Positions 38,365 through 48,796 of a stretch of DNA of 64,000 bases are shown one piece after another; within the stretch, counting starts at the first letter, position 1, and every line of letters begins with the position of its first letter. A model generated the notes under the pieces. The model was not told the DNA's origin. It did no database searches and saw only the letters and a list, made by a program, of their open reading frames with translations. Source of the DNA: an uncultured Chloroflexia bacterium (GTDB lineage: Bacteria; Chloroflexota; Limnocylindria; Limnocylindrales; CSP1-4); assembly GCA_963833225.1 (NCBI GenBank), contig CAWHXD010000008.1, positions 448,001-512,000 of the forward strand. The letters are read 5' to 3'. Position numbers and translations under genes: made by a program.

Positions 38365-39207
38365 ATGAGCCTGATCTTGCCCCAGGAGCTGCTGGCCCAG
38401 CTGGGCGACCCGACGCTGCGGATCTGCGATGTTCGCTGGTGGCTGACGGATCCCGCCAAGGGTCGTCGCGACTACGCGGATTCGCATCTGCCGGGCGCCG
38501 TGTTCATCGACCTGGACCGGGACCTCGTCGCGGCCGAGGGCCCTGGCCGGCATCCCCTCCCCGACCCGGTGGCGTTCGCCACCCGGATGGCGGCGCTGGG
38601 GATCGGCGGCGACAACCCGGTGGTGGCCTACGACGACGCCGGCGGCACCGTGGCTGCCCGCCTGTGGTGGATGCTCGACGACCTTGGCCATCGCGACGTC
38701 CGGGTGCTCGATGGTGGGATCTCCGCATGGGTGGACACCGGCGGGCCGCTCACGGCAGCCGTTTCGGATCCGCCGTCCTCCCCTGCCCGCCTGACGCTGC
38801 GCAGCGCTTGGTCGCGCACGATCGACCGCGACGCGCTGGCGACCCGGCTCCGCATCGGCGACGTCGCGCTGTTCGACGCGCGGGCACGGGAGCGGTACCG
38901 GGGCGATGTCGAGCCGGTGGACCCGGTCGCCGGCCACATCCCGGGCGCGATCTCGCGTCCGACCTCCGGCAACCTGCGTCCGGACGGCCGCTTCCTGGAC
39001 CCGGCCACGCTTCGCGCCCGGTACGCCGGGCACCCAGGCGAGGCGGTGAACCAGTGCGGTTCCGGGGTCAACGCCTGCCACAATGCGCTCGCGATGCGGG
39101 TAGCCGGCCTCCCGGATCCCCTGCTCTACCCGGGCTCGTACTCGGACTGGTCGAGCACCGGGATGCCGATCGCGACGGGCGACGACCCGGGACGCTACGA
39201 GGGCTGA
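38365..39207 (+). CDS. sseA: Two-domain sulfurtransferase (rhodanese, SseA-like)
   Basis: HLPGAVF, GRHPLP, ARLWW, LDGG, GHIPGA, CGSGVNAC, LYPGSYSDW. Confidence 0.93.
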   Translation: MSLILPQELLAQLGDPTLRICDVRWWLTDPAKGRRDYADSHLPGAVFIDLDRDLVAAEGPGRHPLPDPVAFATRMAALGIGGDNPVVAYDDAGGTVAARLWWMLDDLGHRDVRVLDGGISAWVDTGGPLTAAVSDPPSSPARLTLRSAWSRTIDRDALATRLRIGDVALFDARARERYRGDVEPVDPVAGHIPGAISRPTSGNLRPDGRFLDPATLRARYAGHPGEAVNQCGSGVNACHNALAMRVAGLPDPLLYPGSYSDWSSTGMPIATGDDPGRYEG

Positions 39208-39521
39208 CCCGCCGCCCGACCGCGCGCCGACCGGACGACCACCGCCTGGGCGACGGCGACCAGCAGCGCTGCGGTGAACCCGATCAACACGTCCCCGAGC
39301 AGTGCGACCTGGAAGCCGAACAGGCTGATCTCCGGGCCGATGGAGATCCCGAACCGGTGCCCGATCAGGTAGAACGCGAGGAACCCGGCAGCCACGGGCA
39401 GCAGATGGGCGCGCCAGCCGACTGGCCCGCCGAGGAGCACTGCCAGGCGCACGGCGACGATCCCGACCATGACCGAGCACACCAGGAACAGCGAGACGAG
39501 GGCATAGGCTTGGGGCGGCAT
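39195..39521 (-). CDS. Small 3-TM hypothetical protein
   Basis: GAGG RBS and hydrophobic segments. Confidence 0.65.
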   Translation of the reverse strand: MPPQAYALVSLFLVCSVMVGIVAVRLAVLLGGPVGWRAHLLPVAAGFLAFYLIGHRFGISIGPEISLFGFQVALLGDVLIGFTAALLVAVAQAVVVRSARGRAAGQPS

Positions 39522-39575
39522 TCCTCGATGCTACCCCGTGTCCGGCTGAGCCCGCCGCTGCAGACCCGGTCGCGG

Positions 39576-41870
39576 CTACCGGCGGCCGCGCACCCTCGCC
39601 GACTTGACCGAGAGGTTCCCCGCCGCGTCGACCGCGCGCACGTAGTAGCGGGCACCGCGGACCGTGTGGATCCGGATCCGGGACACCTTCGTGCTCGCGA
39701 CGGGCTTCGCGCGGCCGGTGCGGTACACGAGGTACCGGACGACGCCGACGTCATCGGTGGACGGGGCCCAGTTGAACTTCACGTAGGCGCCCGAGCGGCG
39801 GACCTTGTGGAACCTGGCCGGCTTCGTGGGACCGGTGGTATCGGGCAGCGTCGTGACGACGATCGACGTCGCCTTGCTCACGTTGCCCACGCCGTCGAGC
39901 GCGGCAACGCTGTAGAGATAGGTGGTCTCGGGCGCCCGGGCGGTGTCCTTCCAGGTGACGCTCGACGGGGAGGCGACGAGCAACCCGTTGCGGGTGACGC
40001 GGTACCCGACCACGCCGGTGTCGTCCGTGGCGGGGGTCCAGGTCAGCGCCACGGTCGTCGTGCTCGACTCGCCGGTCACCACCTCCGGGGGCGTGGGGGC
40101 CTGCGCATCGCTCCCGGACGAGCCGGGGCTCGCGGTCGGCGTGGGCGTCGCCGACGGATCCGGGGTGCTCGAAGGAGCGGGCGTGGGGGTGGGGGTCGGG
40201 CCTGGCGTGGGCGTCGGAACCCCGGCAGGAACGTCGACCGAGACCGTCCTCTCGGGGCTCTGGTTGGTCGAGCCATCGACCGCGGTCACCCCGTAGGTGT
40301 ACGTCTCGCCACCGGCAGCGCTCGCGTCCGTCCACCCGGTCGCGCTGCCGCCGGTGGTCGCCAGCAGCGAGCCGTCGCGGGTGACCTGGTAGCCGGTCAC
40401 CGCGGTGTCGTCCGTGGAGGCGGTCCACGCCAGCGCGACGGTGCTACCGGTGACGTTGCCGGCGAGGTTTGCGGGCGCGGTCGGGGCGTACCCGTCGCGA
40501 ACCTGGACCACGACGCCCGAGGCATCCGCGGACAGCGTCGTGATCGAGAGCTTTGACACCGGATCGGTCATCGTCCTGCCGACGGCCAGGGGCGCGTCCG
40601 ACAGGGACGACGTCGCCGGCGTCGAGTCCAGGAGCAGCGTGGCCTGCGGCGACCCCGTCGGGCTTGCGGTCCCGACGCCGATCCGGATCGTGGTGCCGAC
40701 GGTGACCGGCGACCCCGCCGAGAAGTTGTCGAAGGCGCCGTAGGTCATCCGGGTGTCGAGGTCGAAGAAGCTGCCGTCCCCGCGCGGGACGCGGACGAGC
40801 TTGAGGCCGGCGCCGCCAAAGTAGGGCGTGATGGCGTAGGTGTTGCCGGGAACGGCGATCACCTTCTCCGACGACGTCAGCCAGCCGAGCTCCCCCAGGT
40901 GCGACCCGTGGTTGTGGCGGAGCGCGTTGTTGCCCATGGTGGAGAACGGGTCCGCGTAGGTGACGCTCGCGCAGCTGGTGGTCGCGGCGATCATCACCCG
41001 GGTCCCGCCGACCACGCAGTTGGCGGCGTTGCTGTGGCCCAGGCCGAAGTTGTGGCCGAGCTCGTGGGTCATGACCTGCACGGAGATGTTGCCGTTGAGG
41101 TAGGTCTCGGTCCCGGGCACGTATCCCAGGCCGGCCCAGCCGCAGGCGCTCGTGTTGGGGAACACGAACATCACGTTGCTGTAGGAGGAGAGATTGGCGC
41201 CGGCGGCGTTGGCCGCGTTCCAGGCCAGGGTGCGCCACGAGCCCCAGCTGCAGCCGGTCGTGGTCGCGTCGATCGTGTACCAGCCGAACACCGCCCCACT
41301 GACGGTCATGCGGCCCTTGGACTCCTCCTCGAAGAAGCGCCTGGCGCTCGTCGAGCTGTTGATGAGCGCGTCCTGGACCTGCGACTTGGTGAATGGGGTC
41401 GTGTGCAGGTCCGTGAAGTTGAACAGGACCACCGCGATCGACTTGGCGACGACGGTCTGCTCGACGGTGGCATCCGTCGTGGCGCCTCCGGACAGCGTGC
41501 CGCTGCCACCCATCGCGGCTGCGGACCCGTTGAGATCCGAGGAGGTGCTTCGCCGGCGGATCACGAGGCCGGCGCCCGGATCCGCGGACTGCACCCGGAG
41601 CCCGTCGCCGACGCGCGTCCCGGTGACCGTCACGCGTGAGCCGGAGATCGAGCGCGGGTCGCCCTGCTCGAACTCGACCGGGGTGATCCCGTCGGCGTTG
41701 CGGATGGAATAGACGAAGTGGTCGCGCCCATCGCCAAGTTCGACATAGGCGGTCTCGATGGTGCCGGTCAGCGACTCCAGCGCGGCTCCGCCGGGCGTCG
41801 CCGCGGCCGCCGGCGCCGCAACGACAGCGGCGAGCAGGAGGGCTGCGAGGATCTGCAGGGCGTGGCGCAT
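39576..41870 (-). CDS. Secreted metzincin metalloprotease (M11-like) with three FN3-like domains and a Pro/Thr linker
   Basis: Signal peptide; HELGHNFGLGH; Met-turn DPFSTMG; repeated W..STDD.GV..Y...Y.V.A.D..GN.S. Confidence 0.88.
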   Translation of the reverse strand: MRHALQILAALLLAAVVAAPAAAATPGGAALESLTGTIETAYVELGDGRDHFVYSIRNADGITPVEFEQGDPRSISGSRVTVTGTRVGDGLRVQSADPGAGLVIRRRSTSSDLNGSAAAMGGSGTLSGGATTDATVEQTVVAKSIAVVLFNFTDLHTTPFTKSQVQDALINSSTSARRFFEEESKGRMTVSGAVFGWYTIDATTTGCSWGSWRTLAWNAANAAGANLSSYSNVMFVFPNTSACGWAGLGYVPGTETYLNGNISVQVMTHELGHNFGLGHSNAANCVVGGTRVMIAATTSCASVTYADPFSTMGNNALRHNHGSHLGELGWLTSSEKVIAVPGNTYAITPYFGGAGLKLVRVPRGDGSFFDLDTRMTYGAFDNFSAGSPVTVGTTIRIGVGTASPTGSPQATLLLDSTPATSSLSDAPLAVGRTMTDPVSKLSITTLSADASGVVVQVRDGYAPTAPANLAGNVTGSTVALAWTASTDDTAVTGYQVTRDGSLLATTGGSATGWTDASAAGGETYTYGVTAVDGSTNQSPERTVSVDVPAGVPTPTPGPTPTPTPAPSSTPDPSATPTPTASPGSSGSDAQAPTPPEVVTGESSTTTVALTWTPATDDTGVVGYRVTRNGLLVASPSSVTWKDTARAPETTYLYSVAALDGVGNVSKATSIVVTTLPDTTGPTKPARFHKVRRSGAYVKFNWAPSTDDVGVVRYLVYRTGRAKPVASTKVSRIRIHTVRGARYYVRAVDAAGNLSVKSARVRGRR

Positions 41871-42112
41871 GTGGCTCCGGGTCGGCAGGTGGGGCACTCG
41901 GGGGGGGGTGCACCCGAAGCGTCGCCGGTGGGGGCGCTCGGCGGGATCGCCCGGGGGGTCATCGGGCCACGGCGATGGTCCGCCCGGACGCCGCGGGCGG
42001 GCACTGCGGTCGTGGGGGGTCTGGGGTGGTCGAGAGCGGTGCAGGCTGGTACCAGGGTCCCGGTCACGGTCGCCCGGCCGATCCCGGCGCACACGTCGCC
42101 CGGCCGAACACG

Positions 42113-42144
42113 AACAAGCCGCCGGCCCGTGATGGACCGGCGGC
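42113..42144 (-). terminator. Intrinsic terminator after the YtxH-like gene
   Basis: Minus strand reads GCCGCCGGTCC-atcac-GGGCCGGCGGC-TTGTT. Confidence 0.6.
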
Positions 42145-42167
42145 CTGCGCTGCAATGACCTGGGGGA

Positions 42168-42506
42168 TCAGCCCTCGGCCGTGTCCGCCACGACCTCCAG
42201 CTGCTCCGTGACCTCGGTCGCGGCCGCGTCGGCCGCCTCCACGGTGGCGTCGCCGCTCGATCGCGCCTCGTCGACCGCTGCCGCTGCCTTCTCGCGAACC
42301 TGGGTGATCCGCGCCTCGAGCTGCGCCTGCATCTCGCTCACGCGGCTGTCGAGACGGGCGCCGAGGGCGTCGAGGTCCCGCCGGGACAGATCGTCGCGGA
42401 CCTCCTGGTACGCCTCGCGCAGGTCGCGACCCGATTGCACCGAGTACGCGACGGCGCCCATGGCACCGACGACGAGCCCGGCCAGGAAACCGACGATGAG
42501 CTTCAT
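42168..42506 (-). CDS. YtxH-like protein (N-terminal TM plus coiled coil)
   Basis: MKLIVGFLAGLVVGA..., SGRDLRE. AGGAGG RBS. Confidence 0.75.
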   Translation of the reverse strand: MKLIVGFLAGLVVGAMGAVAYSVQSGRDLREAYQEVRDDLSRRDLDALGARLDSRVSEMQAQLEARITQVREKAAAAVDEARSSGDATVEAADAAATEVTEQLEVVADTAEG

Positions 42507-42634
42507 GGCTGCCTCCTATTCCAGGTAGATCTGCCCGACGACCATGGTCATCACGCGGCGTTGGGGTCTGAGGACAGCCTAGCGGATGTAGCCGTGCCGC
42601 CCGGCGACCGGCCCGGCGATTGGCCCAGCCGACG

Positions 42635-45103
42635 TCACCCGGGATCGGCCGCGAGCGGCGTCTGCGGCGATCGCCGGGGGGCCGTGCTCCGCGGCCGACG
42701 GACCCTCGGCTTAACCCCGGCCGGGGGGCCGTCGGCCGCGAGGGTCGCCTCGCGGGCGGCAGCGGTCGACTCGACGAGCTCCGCCGCCAGCAGCGGATGG
42801 GCGAAGAAGAAGCCCTGTCCGTAGCGACACTCGATCGTCCGCATCAGACGTGCCTGCTGGCTGGTCTCGATCCCTTCCGCTACGGTGTCGATCCCCAGCG
42901 AGTGGGCCATCGCGACAATTGCGGCCGCGAGGCCGGACGTTCGCGATGTGGCTTTGGCATCCTGGGTGAACTCGGTGGCGATCTTGAGGGCGTCCACCGG
43001 GAACTGTCGGAGGTGGCTGAGCGAGAAGTAGCCAGTGCCGAAATCGTCGATGTAGATCCGGATGCCGAGCTCGCGCAGGGTCACGAGCGTCGCGATGGTC
43101 AAGGGGGTCGCTCGCAGCAGCGCGGTCTCCGTGATCTCGAGCACGAGGCTGGTCGGGTCGACGTCGTTGTCCCGCAGCGCGTGTCGGACACCCTCGACGA
43201 AGTCATGCTCCTGGATCTCACGCGCCGAGACGTTGACGGCGACAAACATATCCGCCGGTACCGCACCGGCCCGGCGCCACGCCGCGGCCTGGCGACACGC
43301 CTCGCCAAGCACCCAGCGCCCGATCGGCAGGATCGACCCGTGCTCCTCGGCGATCTCGATGAACTGGCCGGGGGCGATCAGGCCCTTCTCGGGGTGGCGC
43401 CATCGGACGAGCGCTTCCACACCCGACAGCACGCCGGTCTTGAGTTCGACGATCGGCTGGTAGCGAAGCTCCAGTTGATCCAGCTCGACCGCCTGCTGGA
43501 GCTCGATCGCCATCTCGTGACGATCCCGGATCGCCGTGTGCATCCCAGGATCGAAGACTGCGTAGCCGGCCTTGCCGTTGGCCTTCGCCATGTACATCGC
43601 CACGTCGGCGTTGCGAACCATCTCGGCCGCGTCGCCCATCGCGTCGCGGGCGCTCGCGATGCCGATGCTGGTCGTGACCACGACACGCTGGTCTCCGATG
43701 AGATACGGAGCGCGGAGCTCGCGGACGAGACGATCGGCCATGGCAAGCGAGCGCCGAAGATCCGGATGATCCTCGGTCAGGATCGCGAACTCGTCGCCAC
43801 CGAGCCGGGCGACAAGGTCGTCGCTCCGTACCAGGCTCGCGATCCGTTCGGTGACCCCCACCAGGAGCGCGTCACCGGCCGCGTGACCCAGCGTGTCATT
43901 GACGACCTTGAAGTCGTCGAGGTCGATGAACATCACGGCCGAGATGCGATTCGCGGACCTCGTCGCGGGATCAAGGACGCGTTCGAGGCTGGTCTGGAAC
44001 GATCGCCGGTTGGCGGCGCCAGTCAGCGCATCGCGCTCGGCGAGATCCTGGACATTCTTGAGCAGGACGGCGTTCCGCAGGTTGAGGGCCGCGATCACGG
44101 CAGCCTGGGCGACCACCGAGACGACCCGGCGCTCGACGCCAAGAACCGACCGCGCGTGGTGCTCCAGCACGATCAGCCCGAGCGGCCGCCCATCGGCGAG
44201 CATCGGCGCCACCACGAGATTGCGGGCGTCCGGGAGCACCCTCGCCAACTCGGCGTCGACCCGTGGATCAAGGCGGCGGATCGCGAACGGCGCCCGCAGC
44301 TCCCAGGCCCGTGTCGCGATAGCCTCCGGCGGCAACGAGGAGGTCGGGGGCTCATCGACCCCGTGCGTGGCCAGGGCGATGAGACGGTCGTCGGACATTC
44401 CGAACAGGACAACCCGGGGGAATCCGTACCGGGAGACCAGCGCATCAATGGTGAGTCGCGCCTGCCGGACTGGGTCTCCCTCATCGTCGAGGTGCGCCCC
44501 GAGCTCGACGAGGGCTTCAAGGTCGGCCCGCCGCTGGCGGAGCTCCTTCTCGTTCATGGCCGAGAACAGCGACGTCGCGAGCGCGAACAGCCAGAAGGCG
44601 GTGACGCTGAGGACTGGCATCCTCTCGAATTCGAGCGTCACGCCAGGCTGGACATCCACCGCGGGCACCAGGCTTGCCGCCTGCGCATAGAGGACCACGA
44701 ACAGGAGCAGCGAGTGCCACAAGGCGATCTTGAGGCCCGTGCGGTACGAGGCGAGCAGCGACACGGCGACGAGGTGGAGGTACACGAGGAACCGCATCGG
44801 GCTCTGGGTACCGCCTGTCGCGTACATGGCGAGGGCCAGATAGAGCCCGTCGACGAGCAGCATCACGGTCAGGGCCGTGAACGTGACCCGGGGCTGGCGC
44901 CAGCTGAGCCACTCAAAGGCAAGGCTCAGGACGAGATAGCCGACTGACGCCCACAGCAAGCCGTCGAGCCTGATGGCGAGGGCGGCTCCGCCCGCGACGC
45001 TGAACACCACTGTGACGACAGCGATGCCGACCCTCAGGGCCAGCAGGTAGCGGAGGCGATCGCCGAGGGTGGCGACGTCAGTCCGCTCGCGGGTTGCGCT
45101 CAT
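42635..45103 (-). CDS. Membrane GAF-GGDEF-EAL c-di-GMP cyclase/phosphodiesterase
   Basis: 5-6 TM helices; DALTG, DLDDFK, RSDD I-site, GGDEF; EAL, DDFGTG, AEGIE, GQG. Confidence 0.95.
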   Translation of the reverse strand: MSATRERTDVATLGDRLRYLLALRVGIAVVTVVFSVAGGAALAIRLDGLLWASVGYLVLSLAFEWLSWRQPRVTFTALTVMLLVDGLYLALAMYATGGTQSPMRFLVYLHLVAVSLLASYRTGLKIALWHSLLLFVVLYAQAASLVPAVDVQPGVTLEFERMPVLSVTAFWLFALATSLFSAMNEKELRQRRADLEALVELGAHLDDEGDPVRQARLTIDALVSRYGFPRVVLFGMSDDRLIALATHGVDEPPTSSLPPEAIATRAWELRAPFAIRRLDPRVDAELARVLPDARNLVVAPMLADGRPLGLIVLEHHARSVLGVERRVVSVVAQAAVIAALNLRNAVLLKNVQDLAERDALTGAANRRSFQTSLERVLDPATRSANRISAVMFIDLDDFKVVNDTLGHAAGDALLVGVTERIASLVRSDDLVARLGGDEFAILTEDHPDLRRSLAMADRLVRELRAPYLIGDQRVVVTTSIGIASARDAMGDAAEMVRNADVAMYMAKANGKAGYAVFDPGMHTAIRDRHEMAIELQQAVELDQLELRYQPIVELKTGVLSGVEALVRWRHPEKGLIAPGQFIEIAEEHGSILPIGRWVLGEACRQAAAWRRAGAVPADMFVAVNVSAREIQEHDFVEGVRHALRDNDVDPTSLVLEITETALLRATPLTIATLVTLRELGIRIYIDDFGTGYFSLSHLRQFPVDALKIATEFTQDAKATSRTSGLAAAIVAMAHSLGIDTVAEGIETSQQARLMRTIECRYGQGFFFAHPLLAAELVESTAAAREATLAADGPPAGVKPRVRRPRSTAPRRSPQTPLAADPG

Positions 45104-46666
45104 CAGCTTGCCTCATCAACGAATTCGACCAGCGTGTCCGACATCGACCTCGGTGCCGCCCGCAACTTTGGGTCGCGAGCGTCCAGCGGGCCCTGCACCA
45201 GCAGGAACAGGAGCACGGCCAGGGCGAGGGCCATCGGGAACCCGAAGCTCGTGGCGACGTTGGCGGCCACGGCTGGCTGAACCGCAGCAGCGACCCCATC
45301 GACGGCGGTTGCGACAAGCGAGCCGACGAACTCACCCAGGCCCTCGTCGGGCCGCGGGCCGGCAGGGTCGGAGCCGCCGGGAGCGGTCTCGCTCGCAGGC
45401 GTGCCCGATCCGTTCGATGCCGGTCGGCCGCCACTCAGATCGGGTGTGGTGCCCTGGGAGCGCCCGCCGCCGGCAGTGAGGGCGAAGGTCGGCGACAGCG
45501 TGGCGGTGGGTCGGCGTGGGCGACCGTCGGCGTGGGCGTCGGGGTCGCGGTCGGCGTGGGTGTGGGGGTCGGCGTCGGGGTCGGCTCTGGAGCGACCGTC
45601 GGCGTGGGCGTCGGGGTCGCGGTCGGCGTGGGCGTGGGGGTCGGCGTCGGGGTCGGCGTGGGCGTCGGGGTCGGCGTGGGCGAGGGGGTCGGCGTGGGCG
45701 TGGGCGAGGGGGTCGGCGTGGGCGTCGGGGTCGGCGTGGGCGAGGGGGTCGGCGTGGGCGAGGGGGTCGGGCGTGGGCGAGGGGCGTCGGCGTGGGCGTG
45801 GGCGAGGGGGTCGGCGTGGGCGTGGGGGTCGGCGTGGGCGAGGGCGTCGGGGTCGGGGTCGGGCGTCGCGCGTGGGCGAGGGGGTCGGCGTGGGCGCGGG
45901 GTGGGCGTCGGGGTCGGGCGTGGGCGTCGGGGTCGGGGTCGGCGTCGGCGTGGGCGTCGGCGTGGGCGTCGGGGTCGGCGTGGGCGAGGGGGTCGGCGTG
46001 GGCGTCGGGGTCGGCGTGGGCGTCGGGGTCGGCGTGGGCGTCGGCGTGGGGGTCGGCGTGGGCGTCGGGGTGGGCGTGGGCGAGGGGGTCGGCGTGGGGG
46101 TCGGGGTCGGCGTGGGCGGGGGTCACGATCCGCGTGATCTTGTCCGCGAGATCGTCCCTCTCCGGCGCTCCGACAGGCTCGAAGCAGTTGAGGACTTGCC
46201 ACCAGCTCCCGCTGAGTCCGCAGATTGTGTCTGTTCCGGCCGCTGCCGCCACGTACTCCACGGAGCACGTGCCGCTGGTGCCCGTATGGCACGTCAGGTC
46301 CGGGCTCCAGCCATTGCTCGGGTCGTTTGGGCTGCCCCACAGGAAGTACACGCGCACCAGCGTGTCGGATCCGGTGAGCAGGGTGCCTTCGGAGTCGTAG
46401 ACCCGGGCGACGATGGTGAACGTCGTCCCCATGGGGCCGGACGCCGTCTCGGGCTCCAGGTCGATTGAAGCCAGCGTGGACCGCAGAGCCGTCTTCACCT
46501 CCGGGGCAACCGTCCCTCGAATGCCGAGGCTGTGCAACTGGCCTGTACCGGCGTCGGTCGCGGCGACCGACAGGACCGCACCCGTGCCGCTCGTGGTCAG
46601 GGCAAGGAGGACCGCGAGCAAGGAAGCGACGATTGGTGAGGCCACGCGCGGAACGCCAGAACGCAT
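45103..46666 (-). CDS. Surface protein: signal peptide, Cys-containing Ig-like domain, ~200-aa (Pro-Thr) stalk and C-terminal TM; reading frame broken by indels in and next to the repeat
   Basis: N-terminus MRSGVPRVASPIVASLLAVLL. C-terminus read manually as ...SFGFPMALALAVLLFLLVQGPLDARDPKLRAAPRSMSDTLVEFVDEAS*. TGATG overlap with the GGDEF-EAL start. Confidence 0.7.
45510..46118. repeat. Low-complexity coding tandem repeat (PT/PS)n
   Basis: About 600 bp of 6-bp units GGCGTG/GGCGTC/GGGGTC/GGCGAG. Confidence 0.95.
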
Positions 46667-46976
46667 CCTGTTCCCCGACGGAGTCCATGCCACCAGACGG
46701 TCGGCACGACGCCTTGCGGCGCACGCCAAGTGGACAGCCTGCGCGCGACTGGGACCACCGTTCGTTCGTCCTGTCTGACCCAGGTGCGCGGACGCACCGG
46801 TCCCAGCGTGGCACCGTGGCAACGGCCAGGTCCCACGATGCGGCGGGACTTTGGTCCTGCCGCTGGGGTGGGTTGGTGTCGTCCGGAGGGGCCCGGATCA
46901 GTGGCGCGAGCGCCCCGGGAAGCCGGCGACAGGTGAACCGCGATCGGCTCGTCCACTGGCTCAGCAGCCGGTGGTT

Positions 46977-48720
<1,744 letters not shown>

Positions 48721-48796
48721 CAGCAGGACCTCCGGGAGTGGGGGCGCGTGGCGAACAAACGCATTGGGACGGCGTGGGTTCGGCTGGTTGTGCGGC

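Noticed and set aside
41871-41880. GTGGCTCCGG match to the tRNA-Asn 3' end as an att site
   Set aside because: Only 10 bp, on the wrong side of the tRNA, and it overlaps the protease RBS.
45510-46118. CRISPR array or telomere-like repeat
   Set aside because: There are no unique spacers and no cas genes. The units are Pro/Thr codons inside a CDS.
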